Shown: piece after piece, positions 10,256 to 18,827 of the stretch | Layout of the letters: each line of letters starts with the position of its first letter | Numbering within the stretch: the first letter of the stretch is position 1 | Source: Myxococcota bacterium | GTDB lineage: Bacteria; Myxococcota_A; Polyangia; Nannocystales; Nannocystaceae | Direction of reading: 5' to 3' | Assembly: GCA_039028615.1 (NCBI GenBank) | Contig: JBCCHT010000004.1 | Span: 224,001-288,000, forward strand | DNA length: 64,000 bases | Notes under the pieces: generated by a model | Seen by the model: only the letters and a program-made list of their open reading frames with translations | The model's database searches: none | What the model was told of the DNA's origin: nothing | Position numbers and translations under genes: made by a program

Positions 10256-10776
10256 GTCTCGCGGGCGAGGACCGACTCGAGGATGGCTTCGCAGCCGGCT
10301 TTGATCAGCTCGTAGGCGGCGGCGTAGTTCTCTGGGCCGCCGCGGACGGGATCGGGGACGTCGGCATCGCGTCCCTTGGCCTTGGGATCGACGAAGTGCC
10401 GCAGCAGGGTGACGCGGGCCTTGCCGCCGACGACGGGACCGAAGGCGGAGATCCGACGCAGGCGCTCGACGTCGGCGAGGTTGCGCCGATCCATGACGAC
10501 GATGTCGGCGAAGCGATCGAGGTCGTCGGGCGAGATGGAGCGCGAGCCGGTCCCCAGCAGGGCAGCATCGATGCCATGCTGACGAGCGACTTCGACGCTC
10601 AGGTAGTGCGGCGCGACGCCGTCGGCCGCCCAAGCCCCGGCGCTGTCGATGTCGAAGCGATCGGCGAGGCCCCGCTGCTGTACGAGGTGGCGGAAGATGC
10701 CCTCGGCGAGCGGGGAGCGGCACATGTTGGCGTGACACACGAAGAGCACGCCGTGGCGACGAGCGCCTTCGGTCAT
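10252..10776 (-). CDS. low-molecular-weight protein tyrosine phosphatase
   Basis: P-loop VCHANMCRSPLAE, DSAG, DVPDP. Confidence 0.92.
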   Translation of the reverse strand: MTEGARRHGVLFVCHANMCRSPLAEGIFRHLVQQRGLADRFDIDSAGAWAADGVAPHYLSVEVARQHGIDAALLGTGSRSISPDDLDRFADIVVMDRRNLADVERLRRISAFGPVVGGKARVTLLRHFVDPKAKGRDADVPDPVRGGPENYAAAYELIKAGCEAILESVLARET

Positions 10777-11600
10777 TTCAGCAGAGCCCGTACGTCGGGA
10801 TCATCCTTGAGAATCTCCCACATGGGGTCGAACTCGATCTGCTGAATCAGACGCTTGCCTCGCCGACGCTTGCGGGTCTCGGCGAGCCACTTCTTGGCCT
10901 CCTCGAGCTCGCCCAGCACGGCCGCCTGCTTGGCGAGGTTGAAGGCCGGCAGGGCGTACTTGTCGTTCTTCTCCGCGGCCCACTCGAAGAAGACCTTGGC
11001 GCGATCGGGGGTGGCGTGCAGGTACTGGCCGCGGGCGTTGGCTGCCTCGGCGAGCTCTTCGGCTTCGGCCCCGAGTTCCTCCGCCTCGGCCAGGGCCGCG
11101 AGGGCACGCGCGTCCTTGGTTCGGCGACGCTTGATCTCTTTGATCAGCGCATCCCAGTTGGGACCCCCGGTGCTCTCGCCTCCACCCGTAGCCGGACCAC
11201 CGGTGCCGCCCTCGGTTGCGGCGGCGCCCGTCGCTCCGCCCGTGGCCGGTCCACCCGTCGGCGCACCGCCCGTCGCTGCTCCACCCGTGCCGCCGCCAGT
11301 CGCCGGCGCGGCTTCGGTGGCGGCGGCAGCGGCTCCACTGCTGCCCGCCGCGGGACCTCCCGACGCAGCTGGCGTGCCCGTCTCGGCTTTACCCCCCTCC
11401 ATCGATCCGTCGGCGGCAGCGGGTCCGTTGGCGGGCAACGTGCCATCGGCTTTGCCGTCATCGGCCGAGACCGGTGTTTTGGCCTCGGTCTTGCCGGTCG
11501 TGGCCGGCTTGGACGACGAACCGCCACAGGCGGCGGGCATGGTGAGGAGCGCAAAGGTGACGAGCACCTCGGGCATCGCAGCGAGTCGAGGGATCCGCAT
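10773..11600 (-). CDS. lipoprotein with Gly/Thr/Ala linker and C-terminal TPR-like domain
   Basis: Lipobox PAAC; ATGG repeats; helical PAFNLAKQAA; 4-bp overlap with the phosphatase gene. Confidence 0.7.
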   Translation of the reverse strand: MRIPRLAAMPEVLVTFALLTMPAACGGSSSKPATTGKTEAKTPVSADDGKADGTLPANGPAAADGSMEGGKAETGTPAASGGPAAGSSGAAAAATEAAPATGGGTGGAATGGAPTGGPATGGATGAAATEGGTGGPATGGGESTGGPNWDALIKEIKRRRTKDARALAALAEAEELGAEAEELAEAANARGQYLHATPDRAKVFFEWAAEKNDKYALPAFNLAKQAAVLGELEEAKKWLAETRKRRRGKRLIQQIEFDPMWEILKDDPDVRALLK

Positions 11601-11752
11601 GGGCGACGATGCTACCCGAAAGCGAGAAACGACTCATCACTCCGGCGCCAATCCGCGCGTCGATTCGGGCCAGCGATCCGGTGCGAGCGCCGCTTTCATG
11701 CCGGCCGCCCGGCTGTCTATGGCCGTCGAGTTGACGTATGCTCGGCGCGAGC

Positions 11753-13096
11753 ATGGGCCTGTCTTCATCTGTTGCCATCGCCCTCACGACACTGCTGTAC
11801 AGCGCTCCCGAGCCTGCTGAGGAGGCAAAGGTCAAGGAGATCTTCGACGAGTGGTGCACCTCGTGCCACTCCGGCGGAGGGAATCCGGCCTCGGATCCCG
11901 GCGCCCTCGACCTCGACGTACCGCTGTCCAGTCTCGTGGGGATCCCATCGGCCGCCAACGGCAAACAACTGGTGGTCCCCGGTGACCCCGATGCCTCGTA
12001 CCTCCTCGTCAAGATGCGAGGCGGCGAGGGCATGGAGGGTGACATCATGCCGCTCGGCGACGACCCGCTGCCACCCGAGCAGCTGAAAGTGGTCGCCGAC
12101 TGGATCTCCTCGCTCCCGCCCCCGGTCACCGATCCGGGCAACGGCGACGACAACGGCGGCGAGGAGACGCCACCGCCTCCGCCGAAGAAGGGGACCAAGC
12201 CCTTCCACGGCACCACCCAGATCTCGCTGCCCACCACGACCACGCTGGGCAAGCGCACGCTGCAGTACCGCATCGACCACCGCTTCGGTCGCATCGGCAC
12301 CGAGCGCGGAGCCTTCGGCCTCGATGCCGGCGTGCAGATGGCCATGGGCCTGCAGTACGGCATCTTCGACGGCTGGGACGTGATGCTGCGCCGCGCCAAC
12401 TCCCGCAAGACCTGGGAGCTCGGCACCAAGTACATCCCCATCCGCCAGGAAGACGGCCACGCCTTCAGCGTCGGCGGTTACGCGGCGCTGTCGTTCCTGC
12501 GGGACTTCGACGTCGCGAACCCGTGGGTCGGCGACTTCCAGGCGATGATCAGCCACCTGTGGTTCGACCGGTGGAGCACGATGTTCGTCATCGGCTACCA
12601 CCTCAACACGAACCACGACACGCGGGTGAACGTGGACTTCGGCGACGGCAACCCCGTCCCGGTCAACGACCGCCGCGACACCATGACGATGGGCCTGGCG
12701 TCCACCGTGTGGGTCGACAAGAAGAAGAAGTGGGGCATCGACTTCCAGTACGTGCTGCCGATCCCCGACGGCTCCAGCCCGAACGTCTTCTACTACCGGG
12801 GCGGCGACGCGGACCCCAACGGCTTCTCCATCGGCTCGTGGGGCCTGGGCGGCTCGCTCAAGACGGCCAAGCACGTCTTCCAGGTGTTCTTCACCAACAA
12901 CCGGGAAATCGCGACCAACCTGTACGCGCCCGGTGGCCAGAGCGGCAACCCGTTCTCGACCCCCGGGGTCGACAGCAGCAACCCCTTCCACAAGTTCAAC
13001 TTCTTCTTGGGCTTCAACCTCGAACGCCGCTTTTCGATCAAGGCTCCCAAGAGCCGCAAGAAGAAAGCGGAAGCGAAAGCAGGAGGTGCATCGTGA
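11753..13096 (+). CDS. cytochrome c domain fused to DUF5777-like outer-membrane beta-barrel
   Basis: Signal peptide; CTSCH; VVPGDPDASYL...MP...WI (planctomycete-type cytochrome c); then YRIDHRFG, HVFQVFFTN, FFLGFNLERRF barrel strands. Confidence 0.75.
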   Translation: MGLSSSVAIALTTLLYSAPEPAEEAKVKEIFDEWCTSCHSGGGNPASDPGALDLDVPLSSLVGIPSAANGKQLVVPGDPDASYLLVKMRGGEGMEGDIMPLGDDPLPPEQLKVVADWISSLPPPVTDPGNGDDNGGEETPPPPPKKGTKPFHGTTQISLPTTTTLGKRTLQYRIDHRFGRIGTERGAFGLDAGVQMAMGLQYGIFDGWDVMLRRANSRKTWELGTKYIPIRQEDGHAFSVGGYAALSFLRDFDVANPWVGDFQAMISHLWFDRWSTMFVIGYHLNTNHDTRVNVDFGDGNPVPVNDRRDTMTMGLASTVWVDKKKKWGIDFQYVLPIPDGSSPNVFYYRGGDADPNGFSIGSWGLGGSLKTAKHVFQVFFTNNREIATNLYAPGGQSGNPFSTPGVDSSNPFHKFNFFLGFNLERRFSIKAPKSRKKKAEAKAGGAS

Positions 13097-13998
13097 GCAC
13101 CATGACTCGCACCACCCTCACCGGCCTCGCGAGCCTGGGCCTGCTGCTCGGCGCCAGCGCCTGCAACGAACTCGAGCGGCTCGATGACGGCGGCTCGGGC
13201 GAGGCGGCGATCCCCGACGAGGTCCAGCGGGTCTTCGACGACGGCTGCGCCATCGCGGGCTGCCACGACGCCAACTCGCGCCAGGCGGGGCTCGACCTCA
13301 CAGCCGGCGCCGCCGCGGGCATCATCGGCGGCTCCGCGACGCAGTCGTCGTTGCCCATGGTCACGCTGGGCGACGTGCAGGGCAGCTACCTCGCGCACAA
13401 GCTGCTCCCCGAGAGCGAGATCCGGCAGGGCGACCGCATGCCGGTAGGACGCGACTTCAACGACGCCCAGGTCGCCCTCGACAACGCGATCATCCTGGGA
13501 TGGATCGCGGGCGCCGAGCTGCCCGGTGGCGGCGACGACTCGGCCACCGGAGACTCCGGCGGCGAAGAGGAAGGCCAGGCCACGACCGCGGCCGAGGTGG
13601 TCGCCTGCGGCGTCTCGGACGTCGCCCCCATGGCCACCAACCCCTTCGACATCGGCACCGCGGCGGGGCAGATCCCCGAGGACATCGGCGCGGCCCTGAC
13701 CAACAACTGCGGCTGCCACGGGCCCGCCTCCGAGGAGTTCGCCGAGGGCGTCTCGGGCTACTTCGGCCAGCTCAACTTCTCGACCATCGCCGAGTTCCAG
13801 GGCGACTTCATGGGCCGCCCCGCCTACGAGGTGGTGCTCGAGCGCGTGCAGAGCACGGAGTTCAGCCGCATGCCGCCGAGCTACTACTGCGTGCTCGAGG
13901 ACGGGGAGCCCATCACCGCCGCCGACCAGCAGCTGCTCATCGATTGGCTCACGGCCGGAGCGCCCGACGCGGCGACCTGGGATCCCGCGGCCGGCTAA
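13093..13998 (+). CDS. lipoprotein with two cytochrome c-like domains
   Basis: GTG overlaps upstream TGA; lipobox ASAC; CAIAGCH...RMP...WIAG and NCGCH...RMPP...WLTAGAP. Confidence 0.7.
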   Translation: MSTMTRTTLTGLASLGLLLGASACNELERLDDGGSGEAAIPDEVQRVFDDGCAIAGCHDANSRQAGLDLTAGAAAGIIGGSATQSSLPMVTLGDVQGSYLAHKLLPESEIRQGDRMPVGRDFNDAQVALDNAIILGWIAGAELPGGGDDSATGDSGGEEEGQATTAAEVVACGVSDVAPMATNPFDIGTAAGQIPEDIGAALTNNCGCHGPASEEFAEGVSGYFGQLNFSTIAEFQGDFMGRPAYEVVLERVQSTEFSRMPPSYYCVLEDGEPITAADQQLLIDWLTAGAPDAATWDPAAG

Positions 13999-14149
13999 GA
14001 CGCGGTACGATCGTGACCGTCGCAAGGGCGCCATCTCCTCGGGGTTGGCGCCCTTCGTGCGTGATGCATACGGGCGAACGAGGAGCCACACGCGCCCCGC
14101 GGTTGAGCCTCGGCCTTGCTCGGGTATGCTTCCGAGCCGCCCGCACGAC

Positions 14150-14437
14150 ATGAACGACGCCGTCCACCACCGCTTGAACCTCCGTGTCCGTGGCCGCGTA
14201 CAAGGCGTGGGCTACCGCGCCTTCGTCCGCAAACAAGCGCGCGCGCTCGGCCTGCTGGGCTGGGTCCGCAACGAGCAAGACGGCTCGGTCTCGGTCGAGG
14301 TCGAAGGCCCTCGCGAGGACCTGCGCTCGCTCCGAGATCAATGCGACGAGGGCTCGCCCTTCGCCCGCGTCGACCAGGTCGAAGCGATCTGGGACGAGGC
14401 CACCGGGGAGTTCCCGGGCTTCGACATCCGCCTGTAG
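14150..14437 (+). CDS. acyP: acylphosphatase
   Basis: VRGRVQGVGYR and GWVRNEQDGSV signatures. Confidence 0.93.
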   Translation: MNDAVHHRLNLRVRGRVQGVGYRAFVRKQARALGLLGWVRNEQDGSVSVEVEGPREDLRSLRDQCDEGSPFARVDQVEAIWDEATGEFPGFDIRL

Positions 14438-14501
14438 CCCACGAAGCATCCCGCCCCGGGCTCTAGCCGGGGCGCGTGCATCGAATCGTCGGCCGTGAGG
14501 C

Positions 14502-17456
14502 TCAGACCCGCGCAGACGCGCTGGGCGCACTCGGCTTGGCGGTGACCTCGGCGGCCTCGGCCGCGGCGATCTCGGCCATCGCCTCTTCGTGGATCTCGAG
14601 CTCCGCCACGCCGCCGGGGATCACCAGCGACGCCACGGGCGTGCCCTCGGGAATCACCGAGCCGTCCATATGGGTGATGTCCGGCACGGGGTGGTCGGCT
14701 TCGTGCGCCACCAGCTTCTTCTCGAGCGACTTCTGCTCGGCCTCTTCGAGGGTCGTCCACCCCAGGCGACCGCGGCACTTGGGGAAGCGCGAGCAGCCCA
14801 GCCAGGGGCCACGCTTGCCGCGGCGGAGGTTGAGCGGCGCCTGCTCGCACTTGGGGCACTCGAGGTCCGTCACGAAGGGCGGCGGGGCGGGATATTTGAT
14901 GCCGGCCTTCTTGTCGAGGTTGATGACGTACGTGGTCTCCGGGTAGTTGACCGAAGCCAGGAAGGGCCCGAAGCGACCGTTGCGAAGCTCCATCTTGGAG
15001 CCGTCCTCGGGGCACTTGACGTCGACCAGCTCGGGCAGCAGCGGCCGCCCCTTGCGGTCGATGGGCGCCGAGTAGTCGCACTCGGGATAGGCGGTGCACG
15101 ACAGGAAGCGACCGTTGCGACCGAAGCGGTACTCGGTCCGCGACCCGCACTTGGGGCACTTGTAGATCGCCGGCTGCGTCTCCGCCTTGGCGTGGGTCAT
15201 CACGTCGTGGGCGCTCTCGAGCGCCTCGGCGAAGGGCCCGTAGAACGAGTGCAGCATGCCGATCCAGTCGGCGCTCTGCTCTTCGATCTTGTCGAGCTGC
15301 GCCTCCATGGCGCGCGTGTAGCCCAGGTCCATGAGGTCGGGGAACGCCTCTTGGAGCTTGTCGGAGACCACCTCGCCCAGGTCGGTGGCGTAAAACCGTC
15401 GGTCGAGCTGCTCGACGTACTTGCGGTCCTGGATGACGCCGATGATCGACGCGTAGGTCGACGGTCGGCCGATGCCCTCGGACTCGAGGGTCTTGACCAG
15501 CGACGCCTCGGTGTAGCGCGGGGGCGGGCTCGAGAAGCGCTGGTCGGCATCGATGCCGAAGGGCGCCGTCGTCTGGCCCTTCTCGAAGGACGGCAGGGTC
15601 TGCTCGTCCGACGCGGTCGGCACCCCGGCCACCCGATAGAAGCCGTCGAAGGCGAGCACGCGACCGGTGGCCTTGAGCACGGCGCCGGTCTTGCGATCGC
15701 TGCGCTCGAAGAACACCGCGGTGGCGTCCCACTTGGCGGGCACCATCTGGCTGGCCACGAAGCGGCGCCAGATGAGGTCGTAGAGCTTGAGCTGGTCGGG
15801 GGTCAGGGCCGCGGCCAAGGCCGACGGCTCGCGATGAACCCCGGTGGGCCGAATCGCCTCGTGAGCCTCCTGGGCGTCCTTGTTGGCCGAGGAGTACACG
15901 TTCGGCTTCTCCGGCAGGTAGTCGGGGCCGAGCTCGGTGATGTGCTTGCGAGCCTCCTCGATCGCCTCGGGGGCGATGTTGGTGGAGTCGGTTCGCATAT
16001 AGGTGATGAGACCGACCTGGCCCTCGCCGGGGACGTTGACACCTTCGTACAGCGACTGGGCCGTTCGCATGGTCCGCTGGGCGGAGAAGCCCAGGCGGTT
16101 GGCGGCCGCGATCTGCAGGCTCGAGGTGATGAACGGGGCCGACGGGCGGCTGGTGGTGCGCCGGGTCTCGATGTTCTTGACCGAGTAGCGGCTGCTCGCA
16201 TCGACCTGCCCGCTGAGCGTGCGGCGGAAGCGAGCGGGGCCGCGCCCCTCGGGATCTTCTTCGCTGGTGACCTGCACCTTCACCAGGCCGACCGCTTCGG
16301 CCACGGCCTTGATCTCGCCAGACAGATCGCGCGGGTCGTCGGCCTTGCAGCCCAGGGAGAAGCGCTTCCCGTCGAGCTCGACCAGCTCCGCCCCCAGGCC
16401 TCCGTTGGCGGCCAGCCAGGCGTTCTTGCTCTTGAGGGTGGGGCCCTTGCCCTTCTCGTCGACGGTGGCCAGCAGCTCGCGCCACTGCGTCCCGAGCGTG
16501 GTGGAGGCGTCGACCTTCAGCGCGAGCTGGGCGGTCACACGCCACGACTCGTCGGGGATGAAGGCTCGAATCTGGCGCTCGCGCTCGACCACCAGACGCA
16601 CGGCCACCGACTGCACGCGGCCGGCCGAGAGCCCTCGCGCCACCTTCTTCCACAGGAGCGGCGAGGCCTGGTAGCCCACGATGCGATCGAGGATCCGCCG
16701 CGCCTGTTGCGCGTTGACCTTGTTCTCGTCGATGGGGTGCGGCTTGGCGAAGGCGCGATGCACCTCGGTCTTGGTGATGGCGTTGAACACCACCCGCTTG
16801 GCCTCTTTGGGAGCGATGCCCAGCTCTTGTGCGAGGTGCCAGGCAATGGCCTCTCCCTCGCGGTCGAGGTCGGTCGCGAACCAGACGTCGGAGGCTTGCT
16901 TGGCCAGGCGCTTGAGCTCGGCGACCGTCTTGGCCTTGCCGCTCAGCACCGTATAGGTGGGCTTGAAATCGTTATCGAGGTCGACGCCGGGGACCGGCTG
17001 TTTGACCCCCTTGGGGGCCTTCTGCGGCAGGTCGCGAATGTGGCCGACCGAGGCGTGTACGATAAAATCCGACCCGAGATACTTGTTGATGGTCTTGGCC
17101 TTCGCCGGACTCTCGACGATCACCAGCTGACGGCCCTCGCCCGAAGGCGGAGCAGTTTGGGTTCGAGTCCGAGCTTTGCTCGTCTTCTTGAGGCCGGTGG
17201 TCTTCGTCGCGGCCTTCTTCTTCGCCGCGGTCTTCTTCTTCGCGGTCGTCTTCTTCTTCGCCGCGGTCTTCTTCTTCGCAGTCGTCTTCTTCTTGGCTGC
17301 GGTCTTCTTCTTGGCCGTCGTCTTCTTGGCTGCGGTCTTCTTCGCGGCCGTCTTGGCAGTCTTCTTCGCCACCTTCTTGGCGGTCTTCTTGGCCGCCTTC
17401 TTGGTGGTCTTCTTTGCCGCCTTCTTGGCGGTCTTCTTCTTCGTCGTTGCTGCCAT
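14502..17456 (-). CDS. topA: type IA DNA topoisomerase I with N-terminal Lys-rich arm and C-terminal zinc ribbons
   Basis: LVIVESPAKAKTI, ATDLDREGEAI, SAGRVQS, ITYMRTDS, QEAHEAIRP, GIGRPSTY. Confidence 0.97.
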   Translation of the reverse strand: MAATTKKKTAKKAAKKTTKKAAKKTAKKVAKKTAKTAAKKTAAKKTTAKKKTAAKKKTTAKKKTAAKKKTTAKKKTAAKKKAATKTTGLKKTSKARTRTQTAPPSGEGRQLVIVESPAKAKTINKYLGSDFIVHASVGHIRDLPQKAPKGVKQPVPGVDLDNDFKPTYTVLSGKAKTVAELKRLAKQASDVWFATDLDREGEAIAWHLAQELGIAPKEAKRVVFNAITKTEVHRAFAKPHPIDENKVNAQQARRILDRIVGYQASPLLWKKVARGLSAGRVQSVAVRLVVERERQIRAFIPDESWRVTAQLALKVDASTTLGTQWRELLATVDEKGKGPTLKSKNAWLAANGGLGAELVELDGKRFSLGCKADDPRDLSGEIKAVAEAVGLVKVQVTSEEDPEGRGPARFRRTLSGQVDASSRYSVKNIETRRTTSRPSAPFITSSLQIAAANRLGFSAQRTMRTAQSLYEGVNVPGEGQVGLITYMRTDSTNIAPEAIEEARKHITELGPDYLPEKPNVYSSANKDAQEAHEAIRPTGVHREPSALAAALTPDQLKLYDLIWRRFVASQMVPAKWDATAVFFERSDRKTGAVLKATGRVLAFDGFYRVAGVPTASDEQTLPSFEKGQTTAPFGIDADQRFSSPPPRYTEASLVKTLESEGIGRPSTYASIIGVIQDRKYVEQLDRRFYATDLGEVVSDKLQEAFPDLMDLGYTRAMEAQLDKIEEQSADWIGMLHSFYGPFAEALESAHDVMTHAKAETQPAIYKCPKCGSRTEYRFGRNGRFLSCTAYPECDYSAPIDRKGRPLLPELVDVKCPEDGSKMELRNGRFGPFLASVNYPETTYVINLDKKAGIKYPAPPPFVTDLECPKCEQAPLNLRRGKRGPWLGCSRFPKCRGRLGWTTLEEAEQKSLEKKLVAHEADHPVPDITHMDGSVIPEGTPVASLVIPGGVAELEIHEEAMAEIAAAEAAEVTAKPSAPSASARV
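17175..17441 (-). repeat. histone H1-like KK(K)T(A/T)A repeats in topA N-terminus
   Basis: About 90 codons, mostly K/A/T, in 5-6 aa units. Confidence 0.9.
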
Positions 17457-17867
17457 GAGCCGAGGTCCAAAAAGAGCGCAAGTTGCGCTCGCCCACCGAC
17501 GTGGGCGCCCGAATGTAATGGAACCGAGTTGGCCCGGCTACCCGGGAAGCTCGGACCCCGCCGATTGGCATCGGGCGAGGTCGGGCGCTCAGCATGGGTC
17601 GGGCAGCGACGTCCGCAACCGCAGGCCTCTGAGTACCGGTCAATGTGCGTAACCCCCCGCCGTGGTGCCTCGGCGGAGATCGGCCCCCTACTCCCGATCA
17701 ACGCCGGTTGTTGGATCTCCGACGCTCGCCGATCCCGCCGAGCCGCCCGCGCATCGCGCACAGCCCGCAGCTCGTTGATCGAGCGGTCGATCTCACACCG
17801 CAATCGACGACGCCGCCGCTCCGAAGAGCCGCGGCGTCAGTAGCGTGGTCGTTCGGAACGGAATCGC

Positions 17868-18599
17868 TCAGACGCCGGCGCCGCCGTTGAGCGACGTGCA
17901 CGCGTCCACGAAGGTCGGCTGGTCGGTCGGGCAAGTCTGCCCGGCTCCGAGCGCCATGCAGAAGCCGCGCTGGTTGGCGACCGAAAGCTGGCGAACACAG
18001 TCCTGGAAGATCGACGAGGTGTTGTCACCCCCGGCGAGCCCGAGGCAGCCGTCGCCGTTCGGGTCCTGGTGGGTCGCATGGTCGGCGGGACGCCAGCTGG
18101 TGAGACCACCGATGTCGTTGCCGTCCACAGGCCGGAACGAGCCACCGTCCTGAACGCAGTCAGGAGCCTCGATAGCGACCGTTTGGCAGCAAACGCGGGC
18201 GGGGCCGCACACGTCGTCGATCCACTCCGCGTCCCACGTGGGGTTGCACGGGATGGGGCAGTTGAGCGCGGCGAGGTCTTGGAGACCCTGGCCTTGAATG
18301 TCGTCGACTCGGACGCACATGCCCGAGGTGCCGACGTTGTTGTTCGCTCCCGAGAAGTAGGGCGCGCCCACGGGGTCCGGGATGGACCGGTTGGTGTAGT
18401 CGGGCTTGTTGCCCTCCTCCGCAGCCGGGTCGTCGGAACAACAAAAGTGCGTCGCCGGGCAGTTGTTCTCCTGCCGAGGATTGCAACGGAACGCCACCAG
18501 TGGGTAGTCGACTCCAATACAGGAGGTGCCCACGATCGCGCCGAGCCCAATGGCACCGCCGTTGACCAAGACGAAACGAAGCATCATTTCGGACCGCAT
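17868..18599 (-). CDS. Cys-rich lipoprotein, hypothetical
   Basis: Lipobox GTSC; many Cys (HFCCSDDP, CPIPCNP, RVCCQT). Start uncertain (18620/18599/18587). Confidence 0.75.
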   Translation of the reverse strand: MRSEMMLRFVLVNGGAIGLGAIVGTSCIGVDYPLVAFRCNPRQENNCPATHFCCSDDPAAEEGNKPDYTNRSIPDPVGAPYFSGANNNVGTSGMCVRVDDIQGQGLQDLAALNCPIPCNPTWDAEWIDDVCGPARVCCQTVAIEAPDCVQDGGSFRPVDGNDIGGLTSWRPADHATHQDPNGDGCLGLAGGDNTSSIFQDCVRQLSVANQRGFCMALGAGQTCPTDQPTFVDACTSLNGGAGV

Positions 18600-18827
18600 T
18601 GCTGATTCGGACCGTGGCATGGCCGCGCGCTGATGTAAAGCTTCACGCGCCCTGTGGTTTCTGGTCCTCCCGGCATGGATGATGCCGCTTCATGCAGTAT
18701 TCGCGACACCGGGGCGGCGGTGCGCCCGGCCCGAGACCTGGCGATTCTGACACTTCGGGCCGGCCTGGAATCGGCCTGTGCTTTGGCGCGTAAGCCGAGC
18801 ACGGGCTAGGATCAGAAGGAACCGACA

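Noticed and set aside
14589..17843. 1084-aa plus-strand ORF, and the FFAAV-repeat ORF at 17176-17652
   Set aside because: Antisense shadows of topA and its Lys repeats; high GC suppresses stop codons.
17457..17867. Long intergenic region upstream of topA as a possible RNA gene
   Set aside because: No tRNA arms or recognisable ncRNA motif; the short ORFs look non-coding.
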